In this document: positions 45,808 through 55,817 of the stretch, piece by piece
Layout of the letters: the number at the start of each line of letters is the position of its first letter
Position numbering within the stretch: position 1 is the stretch's first letter
Origin: Bacteroidota bacterium
GTDB lineage: Bacteria; Bacteroidota; Bacteroidia; UBA7662; JAIXUI01
Length of the DNA stretch: 64,000 nt
Reading direction: 5' to 3'
Assembly: GCA_027484125.1 (NCBI GenBank)
Contig: JAIXUI010000074.1
Span: 63,791 to 127,790 of the forward strand
Notes under the pieces: generated by a model
Database searches by the model: none
The model's input: the letters and a program-made list of their open reading frames with translations, nothing else
Told to the model about the DNA's origin: nothing
Made by a program: the position numbers and the translations under genes

Positions 45808-47646
45808 TTATTCAACGGTAACAGACTTCGCCAAGTTCCTTGGCTGATCCACATTACAACCACGTAAAGTGGCGATATGGTAAGAAAGAAGTTGCAGTGG
45901 AACAGAGTTAATCAAAGGAGAGAGCGCATCGTGTGTTTCCGGCACCTCAATAACGAATTCGGCCAGCTTACTCACTTCAGTATCGCCAGGATTAACAATA
46001 GCAATTACGCGACCTTTACGCGCACGAACTTCTTGAATGTTACTAACCACCTTGTCGTACTGGTTATTTTGAGTAGCGATTACCACAACCGGCATCTTAT
46101 CATCAATCAATGCAATAGGACCATGCTTCATTTCAGCAGCAGGGTAACCTTCAGCATGGATGTAAGAGATTTCCTTAAGCTTCAATGCACCTTCGAGGGC
46201 AACTGGGAAATTCACACCACGACCAAGGAAAAGAAAATCCTGAGCATCTTTAAACTCTTCAGCGAGGGATTGAATTTGTTCATTAAGCTTCAGGGCAGCT
46301 TCTACCTTAGCTGGAATTGTTTCCATCTCGATAAGAATCTTACGGAGTTCACCTTCGCTAATGGCACCTTTACGATGACCCACCCATAGGGCCATTTGAA
46401 TCAATACCGTTACTTGAGCAGTGAAAGCTTTTGTAGAAGCCACACCAATTTCAGGGCCGGCATGAGTATAGGCTCCGGCATGAGTAGCGCGAGGAATAGA
46501 GGAGCCTACTACATTACAAACTCCGAGAACAGTAGCGCCTTTTTGCTTAGCCAGTTCGATAGCAGCTAGCGTATCGGCTGTTTCACCACTTTGAGAGATT
46601 GCAATTACAATATCATCGTGATGTACGATAGGATTACGATAGCGGAATTCGGAAGCATAATCTACTTCTACCGGAATTCGTGCTAAGTCTTCGAAAAGAT
46701 ATTCAGCTACAAGGCCGGCATGCCATGAAGTACCACAAGCGATGATGAGAATACGTTTCGCATTCATAAGCTTGTACTGATACTCGCTCATACCACCCAT
46801 GAAGATGGTGCCATTTTTGGGGTCAATTCGACCACGCATTGAATCAAAGATAGAGCGAGGCTGTTCGAAAATCTCCTTCATCATGAAGGTATCGTAGCCG
46901 CCTTTCTCGATCATCTCGAGTTGTAGTTCCAACTCCTGCACTTTGGCAGATTTGACTACATTCTCGATGGTTTTAATAGAAAGTTCATTATTGGCGATGA
47001 TGGCGATTTCACCGTCATTTAAATAAACCACACTCTTGGTGTATTCGATAATTGGAGAGGCATCGGAGGCAAAGAAGAACTCTTGATCGCCTAAACCAAC
47101 AACCAAAGGGCTTCCTTTACGAGCAGCCACCAACATACGAGGTTCATCTTTAGCCATTACAACGATAGCGTAAGCGCCATGAACTTCAGCCAGCGCTAAA
47201 CGTACCGCTTCATCCAAAGAAACATTCTCAGATTCTCGGATAGAGTCGATGAGGTGAGCGAGCACTTCTGTGTCCGTATCACTTTCGAATACATGACCTT
47301 CGCTCATCAATTGCTTTTTCAGAGACGCATAATTCTCGATAATACCATTGTGGACAATCACCATGTTGCGGCTTTGGCTGTAATGCGGATGCGCATTTAC
47401 ATCATTTGGCTCACCATGAGTTGCCCAGCGAGTATGTCCTATACCAATTGTTCCTTCGGTATTGCTGACATCAAGTATTTCTTCCAGTTTGCTGACCTTT
47501 CCCACCGTTTTGTAAACGCTGAGATGGCCTTTGTTAATCAGTGCAATACCGGCACTATCATATCCACGATATTCCAGGCGCTGTAGGCCCTTAATAAGAA
47601 TAGGTTTCGCTTGACGAGTGCCGATGTAGGCTACAATTCCACACAT
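45808..47646 (-). CDS. glmS: glutamine--fructose-6-phosphate aminotransferase (isomerizing)
   Basis: MCGIVAYIG... N-terminal nucleophile, two SIS domains and a C-terminal ...VTVE. Confidence 0.95.
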   Translation of the reverse strand: MCGIVAYIGTRQAKPILIKGLQRLEYRGYDSAGIALINKGHLSVYKTVGKVSKLEEILDVSNTEGTIGIGHTRWATHGEPNDVNAHPHYSQSRNMVIVHNGIIENYASLKKQLMSEGHVFESDTDTEVLAHLIDSIRESENVSLDEAVRLALAEVHGAYAIVVMAKDEPRMLVAARKGSPLVVGLGDQEFFFASDASPIIEYTKSVVYLNDGEIAIIANNELSIKTIENVVKSAKVQELELQLEMIEKGGYDTFMMKEIFEQPRSIFDSMRGRIDPKNGTIFMGGMSEYQYKLMNAKRILIIACGTSWHAGLVAEYLFEDLARIPVEVDYASEFRYRNPIVHHDDIVIAISQSGETADTLAAIELAKQKGATVLGVCNVVGSSIPRATHAGAYTHAGPEIGVASTKAFTAQVTVLIQMALWVGHRKGAISEGELRKILIEMETIPAKVEAALKLNEQIQSLAEEFKDAQDFLFLGRGVNFPVALEGALKLKEISYIHAEGYPAAEMKHGPIALIDDKMPVVVIATQNNQYDKVVSNIQEVRARKGRVIAIVNPGDTEVSKLAEFVIEVPETHDALSPLINSVPLQLLSYHIATLRGCNVDQPRNLAKSVTVE

Positions 47647-47652
47647 TTTCCT

Positions 47653-48957
47653 TCAGTTTTTGTTCAGATAAGTGAAAGTTACAACAAGTTTGGGTTTTAA
47701 GGCAACATGAGTACCGTTGCCTATCACGAGACGCTCAGCTCTAACTGAGCTGATGTTTGGGAGTAAGTAAAGACCGTATTGGCGATCTCCTCGTAAGTAT
47801 CGCTGAATTTCCCGTGTTATCACGAATCGATATTGACGATTAGCCTCGTTAAATTGACCACCAAGATAGCTTTCTGTTGCATCTGCTACCAACGAGTTAG
47901 CGCCGGTAGAATCAGAAGCAAGAATTACAAGGCTAGCTGGGCGGGTAAATAAACTAGGAAGAAGGCCCTCTACAGGGCTTAACACCAATTCAGCTTTATT
48001 TATTAAGATTTTATTATTTCTGGAAAGAGAATCCAGATATGGGAAGAGCAGCTTGGTTTTATAGCCCGCCAAACCCGACATAAAAGAATTTCCAGAAGCT
48101 GGGTTTACTTGTCCGAGGATTGATTCTATGGAGCCATTACGTTCCGAGCGATAAATGTTGGCCGTAGCACCATTGGGGGCTAAAACAAAATCGAAGCGTT
48201 TACGACTACTTCCCTGTTTGTAATACAAACTCACCACGGAGTTCACGTTTCGCAGGTTAAAACCGAGCATACATCCTTCTCCTGAGGGCGGACAGTTAGG
48301 CGACTTCACCATAAAACCTTTGAAGAAATCCCAGAAGTTGGCATTGTTTGCTATGCCTGGTTTACCACTTTCAGAAAGAATTTTTTGGCCAAAAGCATCA
48401 CTAAGCCTAATTCTTTCAGCAGCAGGTATCGTAACCACACTGTCTTTACCGCCCAACCATTCATTGGAAGTGATAGCGGAAAGAGGTCTTGGTTTAAACT
48501 GTTTGCTTCCTAAAAGAGTAGAAGAAACAGAGGGATTGAAAGTGTTGAAATAAACAGAATCCTTACTGAGTTTGGTATTCAGTTCATATACTTCTAGAGA
48601 AAAATCGCGGCTGGTATCGCCGTAGAAATAGTCATATTTAAGACTAAGCACAACAGAATCGAGGGTGAGCGTGTCACCGAAGTTGATGTTTTCGGTGACT
48701 AGTGCCGCTTGGGCAACAAAAGAAGAAGTCGTTAATCCAAAAATGGGATCATAGATACATCCCACCAAGTTGGAGGATGAATTACTGGTTCTTAACGAAT
48801 CTTCCCTAAGGGTTGTGGATTCAACAGAAGAAGTATCAACCTGATAGACCCCTACGCCATTTACATTGGGCAGGAGACCAGCGCCAAGCGTCCCTTCTTC
48901 GCTGCATGCACTAAGGATGAGAAGCCCTGCAAGCAGCCCTAACAGCCAATACCTCAT
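47653..48957 (-). CDS. DUF4270-family lipoprotein
   Basis: Start at MRYWLLGLLAGLLILSAC (ATG at 48955-48957). In Bacteroidota this family typically sits next to the glycogen-synthase-like gene, as here. Confidence 0.5.
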   Translation of the reverse strand: MRYWLLGLLAGLLILSACSEEGTLGAGLLPNVNGVGVYQVDTSSVESTTLREDSLRTSNSSSNLVGCIYDPIFGLTTSSFVAQAALVTENINFGDTLTLDSVVLSLKYDYFYGDTSRDFSLEVYELNTKLSKDSVYFNTFNPSVSSTLLGSKQFKPRPLSAITSNEWLGGKDSVVTIPAAERIRLSDAFGQKILSESGKPGIANNANFWDFFKGFMVKSPNCPPSGEGCMLGFNLRNVNSVVSLYYKQGSSRKRFDFVLAPNGATANIYRSERNGSIESILGQVNPASGNSFMSGLAGYKTKLLFPYLDSLSRNNKILINKAELVLSPVEGLLPSLFTRPASLVILASDSTGANSLVADATESYLGGQFNEANRQYRFVITREIQRYLRGDRQYGLYLLPNISSVRAERLVIGNGTHVALKPKLVVTFTYLNKN

Positions 48958-49811
48958 ATCAGGACTGACTGATTCGATAAAATTCTTTGATACAAGTCGA
49001 AGTAATGATCGGCCCATTGTTCATTTTCCTGATGCATTAAAATGGGCTTATCAGATAAACTATGAACGTGAGAAAGCACTGTAGGGTCGATATTGTCTTG
49101 GCCAATCACGATAGCATCAGCGAAAGTGGCCCCACCACGGTACATAGCATTACAATCCAAATCCGTGAAAAGACTTAAATCAGACTCAGTCATATCCTCA
49201 TAGCAAGCCTTTGAAATAAAGTCTTCCGGCAAACGCTCCTCAAAATGACTTCCATATACAGAATAAACCACCTTTGTATCCTTAAAAATAGGATTATCGT
49301 GGTATAGCTTCCGGATATAGAGAGGGATAAGAGAAGTCATCCATCCATTGCAATGAATGATATCAGGTGACCATCCGAGTTTAACCACAGTGTCGAGGAC
49401 GCCTTTATTAAAGAAAATCATGCGTTCATGATTGTCTTCAAAGAATTTTTCATTGGCATCTCTCAAGGAATACTTACGCTGAAAATAATCTTCATTATCA
49501 AGGAAATACACCTGCATTTTAGCCTGCGGAAGGGATGCTACCTTGATTATGAGTGGATTATCGTTATCGCCAATCACAACATTGATGCCTGACAAACGTA
49601 CAACTTCATGAAGGCGATGACGCCTTTCATTGATAAGGCCATAACGGGGCATCAACACCCTGATTTCCATTCCTTTTTCTTGGATGGCTTGTGGCAGGGC
49701 ACGTGCTATTCTAGCAACATCGGTCAGCATCACGTAGGGGTCCATCTCGTGCGCCACAAACAGGATGCGGTGTTTTCTCATCTCAAAAAGCGGTTCAGTC
49801 TTAAAAATCAT
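48954..49811 (-). CDS. glycogen/starch synthase-like protein, short form (GT5 N-terminal domain only)
   Basis: ...KHRILFVAHEMDPYV... resembles the glycogen synthase N-terminus. An alternative start is the Met at 49778. Confidence 0.6.
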   Translation of the reverse strand: MIFKTEPLFEMRKHRILFVAHEMDPYVMLTDVARIARALPQAIQEKGMEIRVLMPRYGLINERRHRLHEVVRLSGINVVIGDNDNPLIIKVASLPQAKMQVYFLDNEDYFQRKYSLRDANEKFFEDNHERMIFFNKGVLDTVVKLGWSPDIIHCNGWMTSLIPLYIRKLYHDNPIFKDTKVVYSVYGSHFEERLPEDFISKACYEDMTESDLSLFTDLDCNAMYRGGATFADAIVIGQDNIDPTVLSHVHSLSDKPILMHQENEQWADHYFDLYQRILSNQSVLI

Positions 49812-49888
49812 GCAAAATTAAGGCATAAACTCTTAATCTTGAAAGTAATCTATTAGTTTGGCTGTCTTGTTAAGTATTTTAAGGCCTC

Positions 49889-50722
49889 TTGAAAGTATTT
49901 CGGCACATTTCTGCTTTAACGGCCTGGCGTGAAAGCCTCTCCAAAAACGCCAAGGTGGGGTTTGTTCCGACTATGGGAGCACTTCATGAAGGCCATGAAT
50001 CGTTAATGCGTGCCTGTAAAGAGGGGTCTGAAGTTTCTGTACTCAGCATTTTCGTGAATCCAACCCAGTTCAATGACCCTGAAGACTTCCGAAAATACCC
50101 AACAACACCAGATTTAGACTTAGAAATGGCCTATCGGAGTGGCATGGAAGTGGTGTTTATGCCTGAAGCTCATGAGATATATGCAGAGGACGTACAAGCT
50201 TTCGACTTTGGAGCCTTGGAGCAAGTCATGGAAGGCAAAGAGCGCCCTGGCCATTTTCGCGGCGTTGGACAAATTGTCAATAAACTGCTTGACCTTGTAA
50301 AGCCTCATCAGCTGTACATGGGGCAGAAAGATTTTCAACAGTGCGCCATCATTGCTTCCTTACTTCAACAAACTCGTAAAACTGAAACTGAACTAAAGAT
50401 TTGTCCAACAGTAAGAGAAGCTTCCGGGCTAGCAATGAGTTCAAGAAACAGGAGATTAACAGAGGAAGCGCTTAAAAACGCCGCTTATCTCTCGGAGATT
50501 CTCTTTAAACTGGAAAAACTAGAAAACAGAAGCTTGCTATTTGAGCAGCTTTACGGCGCAAAAGCGGCCATTAATGCTATACCAGGGGTTGAGCTTGAGT
50601 ACCTTGAAGTGGCCGATCGGCATGATTTACAGCAGCCAAGACCCGATAGTAAGCTTGTGATTTGTGCTGCAATTTGGATAGAAGGCGTGCGGCTTATCGA
50701 TAACGTGCTTCCTAACTATTAA
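49889..50722 (+). CDS. panC: pantoate--beta-alanine ligase
   Basis: ...VGFVPTMGALHEGHESLM... HIGH-class motif. TTG start at 49889, with no in-frame ATG upstream of the conserved core. Confidence 0.88.
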   Translation: MKVFRHISALTAWRESLSKNAKVGFVPTMGALHEGHESLMRACKEGSEVSVLSIFVNPTQFNDPEDFRKYPTTPDLDLEMAYRSGMEVVFMPEAHEIYAEDVQAFDFGALEQVMEGKERPGHFRGVGQIVNKLLDLVKPHQLYMGQKDFQQCAIIASLLQQTRKTETELKICPTVREASGLAMSSRNRRLTEEALKNAAYLSEILFKLEKLENRSLLFEQLYGAKAAINAIPGVELEYLEVADRHDLQQPRPDSKLVICAAIWIEGVRLIDNVLPNY

Positions 50723-50755
50723 TTTCCACTAACTTCGCCGCGCCAATTGCGCAAC

Positions 50756-51103
50756 ATGCAAATTCAGGTTCTCAAATCAAAAATCCACCGGGCAGTAGTA
50801 ACACAGGCTGAGCTTCATTACGTAGGAAGCATCACCATCGATGAAGCCCTTATGGAAGCCGCCAACCTTATCGAAAACGAAAAGGTCCAAGTGGTCAATA
50901 TCAACAATGGCGAACGCCTTGAAACTTATGTCATCAAAGGCGAGCGAAACTCCGGTATCGTTTGCTTAAACGGGCCTGCAGCTCGTAAAGCTCAGGTTGG
51001 CGACATCGTAATTGTAATTGCTTACGCATTGATGCCGTTTGACGATGCGAAGCACTTCAAACCCATTACGGTTTTCCCAGATTCCAACAACCGCGTAGTC
51101 TGA
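50756..51103 (+). CDS. panD: aspartate 1-decarboxylase
   Basis: [29 protein letters not shown]... The ORF track starts at TTG 50747; ATG 50756 is preferred here. Confidence 0.9.
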   Translation: MQIQVLKSKIHRAVVTQAELHYVGSITIDEALMEAANLIENEKVQVVNINNGERLETYVIKGERNSGIVCLNGPAARKAQVGDIVIVIAYALMPFDDAKHFKPITVFPDSNNRVV

Positions 51104-51108
51104 GCATC

Positions 51109-52116
51109 ATGAAAATGCTCCTGCGCTTCTTTCTTCCACTGGTGTTAGGCATTTTCCTGATGTGGTGGGTGTTTAAAGAGCAGGATTTTCAACTTCTTGC
51201 CGATAACCTCGCCAAGGCAGATTACTCTTGGCTACTCATTTCGATAGGTTGCGGACTTCTGAGCCATCTGGTTCGCGCTATGCGTTGGAAAGTGCTGATG
51301 CAACCACTGGGATACCAACCTACCCTTTGGAACACCTTCCATGCGGTGATGGTAGGCTATATCGCCAACCTGGCTTTCCCCAGGATGGGAGAAGTTTCGA
51401 AATGCGGCAGTCTTGCAAAGAAAGAATCCTTAGCCGTAGAAAAACTCTTGGGTACAGTAGTCGTGGAACGATTGTGGGACCTTATCAGCTTACTCATTAT
51501 TTCAGCGGCAGTTGTAGTTATCAACCTTACGCTTTTTGCAGATCCAATCATGGAATTTGTGGAGTCCAAATCCGGAACCATCAACTGGTGGATTCCAGCC
51601 ACATTAGGCGTTATTGGAGTATTAATGCTCGCTTCCCTCCCTTGGTTTTTAAGGCAAATTCGCCAAAAAGCAGGCAGTAAATCCTGGTTTATCAAAATAA
51701 ACGACTTTATAAAAGGTGTAGTTGAAGGCCTCGCAGCATTCAAAAAAATGGAACGTAAGGGCCTATTTCTTCTGCTTACTGCGCTGATTTGGCTGCTCTA
51801 TTGGCTGATGGTTTATCTGTGTGTTTTCTCTATAGAAGCCACCTCCAACATGGACTTTAATGACGGTTGGATGCTATTAGTTGTAGGAAGCTTCGGAATA
51901 GTAGCTCCGGTTCAAGGAGGAATAGGCGCCTACCATGCCATCATGGTTGCCTTTTTAACTCATTTACCTCACAGAACCATAAATGGTGACGATGCTTTAG
52001 TTTTTGCGACACTTAGTCATGCCAATCAAACCATCATGATCATTGTAGTAGGATTTATCTCCCTGTTGGTGATGTTCTTTACCCCTAATCGCAAAGGCCA
52101 TGTCGCTAAGAGATAA
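51109..52116 (+). CDS. lysylphosphatidylglycerol-synthase-TM-like (UPF0104 / flippase-like) membrane protein
   Basis: 335 aa with 8 predicted TM helices and the conserved ...RAMRWKVLMQPLG... region. Confidence 0.65.
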   Translation: MKMLLRFFLPLVLGIFLMWWVFKEQDFQLLADNLAKADYSWLLISIGCGLLSHLVRAMRWKVLMQPLGYQPTLWNTFHAVMVGYIANLAFPRMGEVSKCGSLAKKESLAVEKLLGTVVVERLWDLISLLIISAAVVVINLTLFADPIMEFVESKSGTINWWIPATLGVIGVLMLASLPWFLRQIRQKAGSKSWFIKINDFIKGVVEGLAAFKKMERKGLFLLLTALIWLLYWLMVYLCVFSIEATSNMDFNDGWMLLVVGSFGIVAPVQGGIGAYHAIMVAFLTHLPHRTINGDDALVFATLSHANQTIMIIVVGFISLLVMFFTPNRKGHVAKR

Positions 52117-52576
52117 GATTGTAACCAAGGAAGAGGCTATTCGTTTAGCTAAGCAATGGCGTGACCAAGGCAAGCATTTGGTATTTACCAACGGATGCTT
52201 CGACATACTCCACAAGGGCCATGTATTGAATTTAGAACAAGCGGCACATTTAGGCGATTGCCTCATTGTAGGGTTGAATTCTGATGATTCTGTGAAACGA
52301 CTTAAAGGCTCTTCAAGGCCCTATCAAAGTCAGGATAGCCGTGCTACTGTATTGGCAGCATTAGCTTCTGTTAATTTGGTGGTGATGTTTGAGGAAGACA
52401 CACCAGAAGCATTAATAGCTTCTTTGAATCCGCATGTACTTGCTAAAGGTGGAGATTATACCCTTGAGGCCATTGCGGGCGCGAAGCATGTAATTGCCCA
52501 TGGCGGGCGTGTGGTAACCCTTCCGCTTTCTGAAGGGCATTCAACCACTTCTGTACTTGAGCGGATGCGAATTTGA
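52100..52576 (+). CDS. D-glycero-beta-D-manno-heptose 1-phosphate adenylyltransferase-like cytidylyltransferase (RfaE domain II-like)
   Basis: ...HLVFTNGCFDILHKGHVLNLEQAA... (H/T-x-GH nucleotidyltransferase motif) and ...LAKGGDY... Confidence 0.78.
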   Translation: MSLRDKIVTKEEAIRLAKQWRDQGKHLVFTNGCFDILHKGHVLNLEQAAHLGDCLIVGLNSDDSVKRLKGSSRPYQSQDSRATVLAALASVNLVVMFEEDTPEALIASLNPHVLAKGGDYTLEAIAGAKHVIAHGGRVVTLPLSEGHSTTSVLERMRI

Positions 52577-52664
52577 AGCCCTGGGTGAAGCGTTTACACC
52601 ACCATTTAGTTAAAATTAACGTAATCCCTTTAGGGTTAGCGTATTTTTGCGCTCTTTGTAGGAT

Positions 52665-55001
52665 ATGAGGCTATCATTGACATTCGCGCTAATGTTGCTG
52701 ACAACATTTGGCATCCATGTTACACTTCAAGCACAGAACGGAAGTCACTGGCGATTTGGGCAGTCTGCTGGGGTAGTTTTTAGTGGTGGAACAGCCACTG
52801 GTGTTGTAGGTAGTGCTATGCAGTCTATTGAGGGTTGTGCTACGCAAAGTGACGCAGCCGGCAACTTGCTGTTCTATACCAATGGAAGTACCATTTGGAA
52901 CCGAAATAATCAGGTAATGCTGGACGGTAGCGGTCTATTAGGAGAAGAAGGCGCTTCACAAAGTGCTTTAATTATTCAAAGGCCTAATCTTCCCAACCAG
53001 TATTATGTGATTACCATTTCAGCTTCGGCCAATACTGCTGCGTATTCAGTGGTTGATATGACCCTCGATGGTGGCAATGGAGGTGTAGTAGCTGCTACCA
53101 AAAACACCTTGTTTGCTTTTGATGTATTGCCAAAAATTACAGGCACTAGACATTGCAGCAGCTCCAATTTCTGGATTATACTTCAAAACGCATTAGGCCC
53201 AGGCTTTAGCTCTTATTTAGTGACCACCACCGGAATTAGTGGTGCTCCCGTCATCTCGTCAGCCGGTTTTTCTGCAAATGGAAACGTGGGTGGATACATG
53301 AAAATGTCTCCCAATGGCCGTCAGTTGTTTACTACTTTAAACAATAATTCCGGAAACTTGATGGGGATTTTCAACTTCAATAATACCAACGGACAGATTA
53401 CCCTCAACACACTTTTGCCTACATCCGGAGGAGAATATGGCGCTTCTTTTTCACCTGATAATCGCCGACTTTATGTTTCCGCTTCGAGAGATTCTGTCAA
53501 TTCACTCGTGAGAAATGAGCTCTATCAGTTTAACCTTATGGCAGCAAACATCGGCCAATCCAAGCAGGTTATTTTTAGTGAATTGGATACGGCCAGAAAG
53601 TTTGGCGCCTTGCAAATAGGGTTAGATAAACGCATCTACATGGTACAGCGGTTCAAAGACCGCTTACATGCGATCCTTCAACCCAATGAATTAGGTGCTG
53701 CCTGTAATTTCCAGGATAGTGTCATCTTCTTACCCAACTCTACCGGCCGGTTAGGACTTCCCAACTTTATGGACCATATCTTCAACGACGGGGTACAAGC
53801 CAAGTTTGGATTTACGGCAGGTTGCGTAAACGCTCCGGTTAACTTTATAGACTCTTCTTATGTGGGTGTTTCAACCTATAATTGGAACTTCGACCTCACA
53901 GGCGTGGGATCCCCTGGAACCAGCACCGCAGCCAGCCCAACCCATACCTTTGTCACAGGCGGAACCTATACGGTAAGACTTATTGTTTTCGATGGTTGTG
54001 TAAGTCGGGATACCTTGGATAGGCAAATTTCTATCAGTACCACCATTCCTGTAGATATCGGTCCAGATTCTACTCGTTTGTGCGTAGGCACACCATTTAC
54101 GTTAAGTTCGACCCAAATTGGCAGCTACGACTGGCAATTTGGTCAGCCTGGAAACTTTGTTTCTAATGGAAACACCACCTCTTCTCAACCAGTAAACAAT
54201 TCCGGTTGGTACAAACTGGTTGTAAATGCCTCCGGATGTACTGGCTCTGATTCAGCCTTTGTGAACATCAATACAACTCCACCTATCATCAACCTCGGTG
54301 GCAACCGAACCCTTTGTTTTGGACAATCTGTCACGTTAGATGCAGGCAATCCAGGCTCAAGATATACCTGGAGCAATGGGTTGAACACCCAAACTATCAG
54401 CGTTAGCACTTCCGGGACTTACCGCGTTAGGGTTGAGCAAGATGCTTGTGAAGCCATAGACTCCGTAACTATCGCCATTGGAACTCCAGTTACCGTAGAA
54501 ATAGGAGATGATAAAGCCGCTTGTGACGGCCAACTAGTTGAAATCATTCCAACAGTTTCATCTAATGTGACCGGTTATCGCTGGTCAAATGGAGCTACAA
54601 CTCCAACGATAGTAACATCCGATACTGGCAAAGTAGTCCTGACTGTGGTGGATGCCAACAATTGTCCGGCATCAGATAGCTTGATGATACGCAATGCTTG
54701 TCCACAAATTGTTGCACTTCCTAATGCCTTTACTCCTGACGAAAATGGGTTGAATGATAGCTTCCGACCAACTGGACTTGACACTTCTATTAGCAATCCG
54801 GCCAATAAAGTATATCTGCTAGAAGTTTACAACCGCTTTGGTGAGTTAATGTTTTCCTCGGTTGCACCAGGTATTGGCTGGGACGGAAATTACAACGGCA
54901 ACCCGATGTCGGAAGGCCGTTATGCCTATTTTATTCGCTACACAGACCCTCAAACCGGAAATGTAATTGAAAACAGAGGTACGGTTCATTTACTTCGCTA
55001 A
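52665..55001 (+). CDS. large secreted Ig/PKD-repeat protein with T9SS type B (gliding-motility-associated C-terminal, CHU_C) sorting domain
   Basis: Signal peptide. Repeated ...C.G....SAFVNI/ISV... beta-sandwich repeats. The C-terminal ...ALPNAFTPDENGLNDSFRP...YLLEVYNRFGELMFSS...GWDGNYNG...Y.YFIRY... matches TIGR04131. Confidence 0.8.
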   Translation: MRLSLTFALMLLTTFGIHVTLQAQNGSHWRFGQSAGVVFSGGTATGVVGSAMQSIEGCATQSDAAGNLLFYTNGSTIWNRNNQVMLDGSGLLGEEGASQSALIIQRPNLPNQYYVITISASANTAAYSVVDMTLDGGNGGVVAATKNTLFAFDVLPKITGTRHCSSSNFWIILQNALGPGFSSYLVTTTGISGAPVISSAGFSANGNVGGYMKMSPNGRQLFTTLNNNSGNLMGIFNFNNTNGQITLNTLLPTSGGEYGASFSPDNRRLYVSASRDSVNSLVRNELYQFNLMAANIGQSKQVIFSELDTARKFGALQIGLDKRIYMVQRFKDRLHAILQPNELGAACNFQDSVIFLPNSTGRLGLPNFMDHIFNDGVQAKFGFTAGCVNAPVNFIDSSYVGVSTYNWNFDLTGVGSPGTSTAASPTHTFVTGGTYTVRLIVFDGCVSRDTLDRQISISTTIPVDIGPDSTRLCVGTPFTLSSTQIGSYDWQFGQPGNFVSNGNTTSSQPVNNSGWYKLVVNASGCTGSDSAFVNINTTPPIINLGGNRTLCFGQSVTLDAGNPGSRYTWSNGLNTQTISVSTSGTYRVRVEQDACEAIDSVTIAIGTPVTVEIGDDKAACDGQLVEIIPTVSSNVTGYRWSNGATTPTIVTSDTGKVVLTVVDANNCPASDSLMIRNACPQIVALPNAFTPDENGLNDSFRPTGLDTSISNPANKVYLLEVYNRFGELMFSSVAPGIGWDGNYNGNPMSEGRYAYFIRYTDPQTGNVIENRGTVHLLR

Positions 55002-55807
55002 TGCCTTACGACTTTCATTCCGACTCTAAAGCATACCTTGATTTGCTCATCCGTAACTCGGAAAAGAGCATAGTTCCGTTTATTGAGCAACATCTGCCCA
55101 AAGGAAAAACTATACGAGGCTTACGAATTTTAGAGCTAGGCTGCGGAGAAGGTGGCAATTTGAAGCCATTTGCAGAGCGTGGCGCCCTTTGTACAGGCTT
55201 CGACCTCAACGGTGACAAAATTGTAAAAGGCCGGGAACTTATGGCTCCTCATATTGCCGATGGAACGTTGGAGCTCTTTCACGACAACATCTTCAATGAA
55301 GCATTAAGCACTCGATTTCAGGGTCAGTTTGACCTGATTATCTTGAAAGATGTCATCGAACATATTCCTGATAAAGCACAAGCCATGAGGAATATGAGCA
55401 CCTTTTTGAACGAAGACGGCTTGTTTTTCGTAGGTTGGCCACCGTGGGCTATGCCGTTCGGCGGCCATCAGCAAATCTGTCATTCAGGCCTACTTAAGAA
55501 ACTTCCTTGGTTTCACTTGTTGCCAAAAAGACCGTATGTGGCTTTACTGAAAGCATTTGGAGAGCCTGAGGAAGTGTGGAAAGAGCTCGCTGAAGTACAT
55601 GACTATAAAGTTCCTTTAGGACTCATGCATCGCTTGATAAGAGAAGCCGGATTGAAAAAGGAAGCTGAAGTCTATTACCTCATCAACCCTATTTACGAAG
55701 ATAAATTTGGCTTTAAAACACGTCTTCAATTTGGATGGGTAAACGCCCTTCCAGGACTCCGAGATTTGCTGACTACAAGCGTTTATTATTTGCTTAAAAA
55801 AGCCTGA
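55001..55807 (+). CDS. class I SAM-dependent methyltransferase
   Basis: Motif I LRILELGCGEGGNL. Motif post-I GFDLN. Motif II/III ...LIILKDVIEHIPD. Its ATG overlaps the upstream stop (TAATG). Confidence 0.8.
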   Translation: MPYDFHSDSKAYLDLLIRNSEKSIVPFIEQHLPKGKTIRGLRILELGCGEGGNLKPFAERGALCTGFDLNGDKIVKGRELMAPHIADGTLELFHDNIFNEALSTRFQGQFDLIILKDVIEHIPDKAQAMRNMSTFLNEDGLFFVGWPPWAMPFGGHQQICHSGLLKKLPWFHLLPKRPYVALLKAFGEPEEVWKELAEVHDYKVPLGLMHRLIREAGLKKEAEVYYLINPIYEDKFGFKTRLQFGWVNALPGLRDLLTTSVYYLLKKA

Positions 55808-55817
55808 TAAAACGCGC

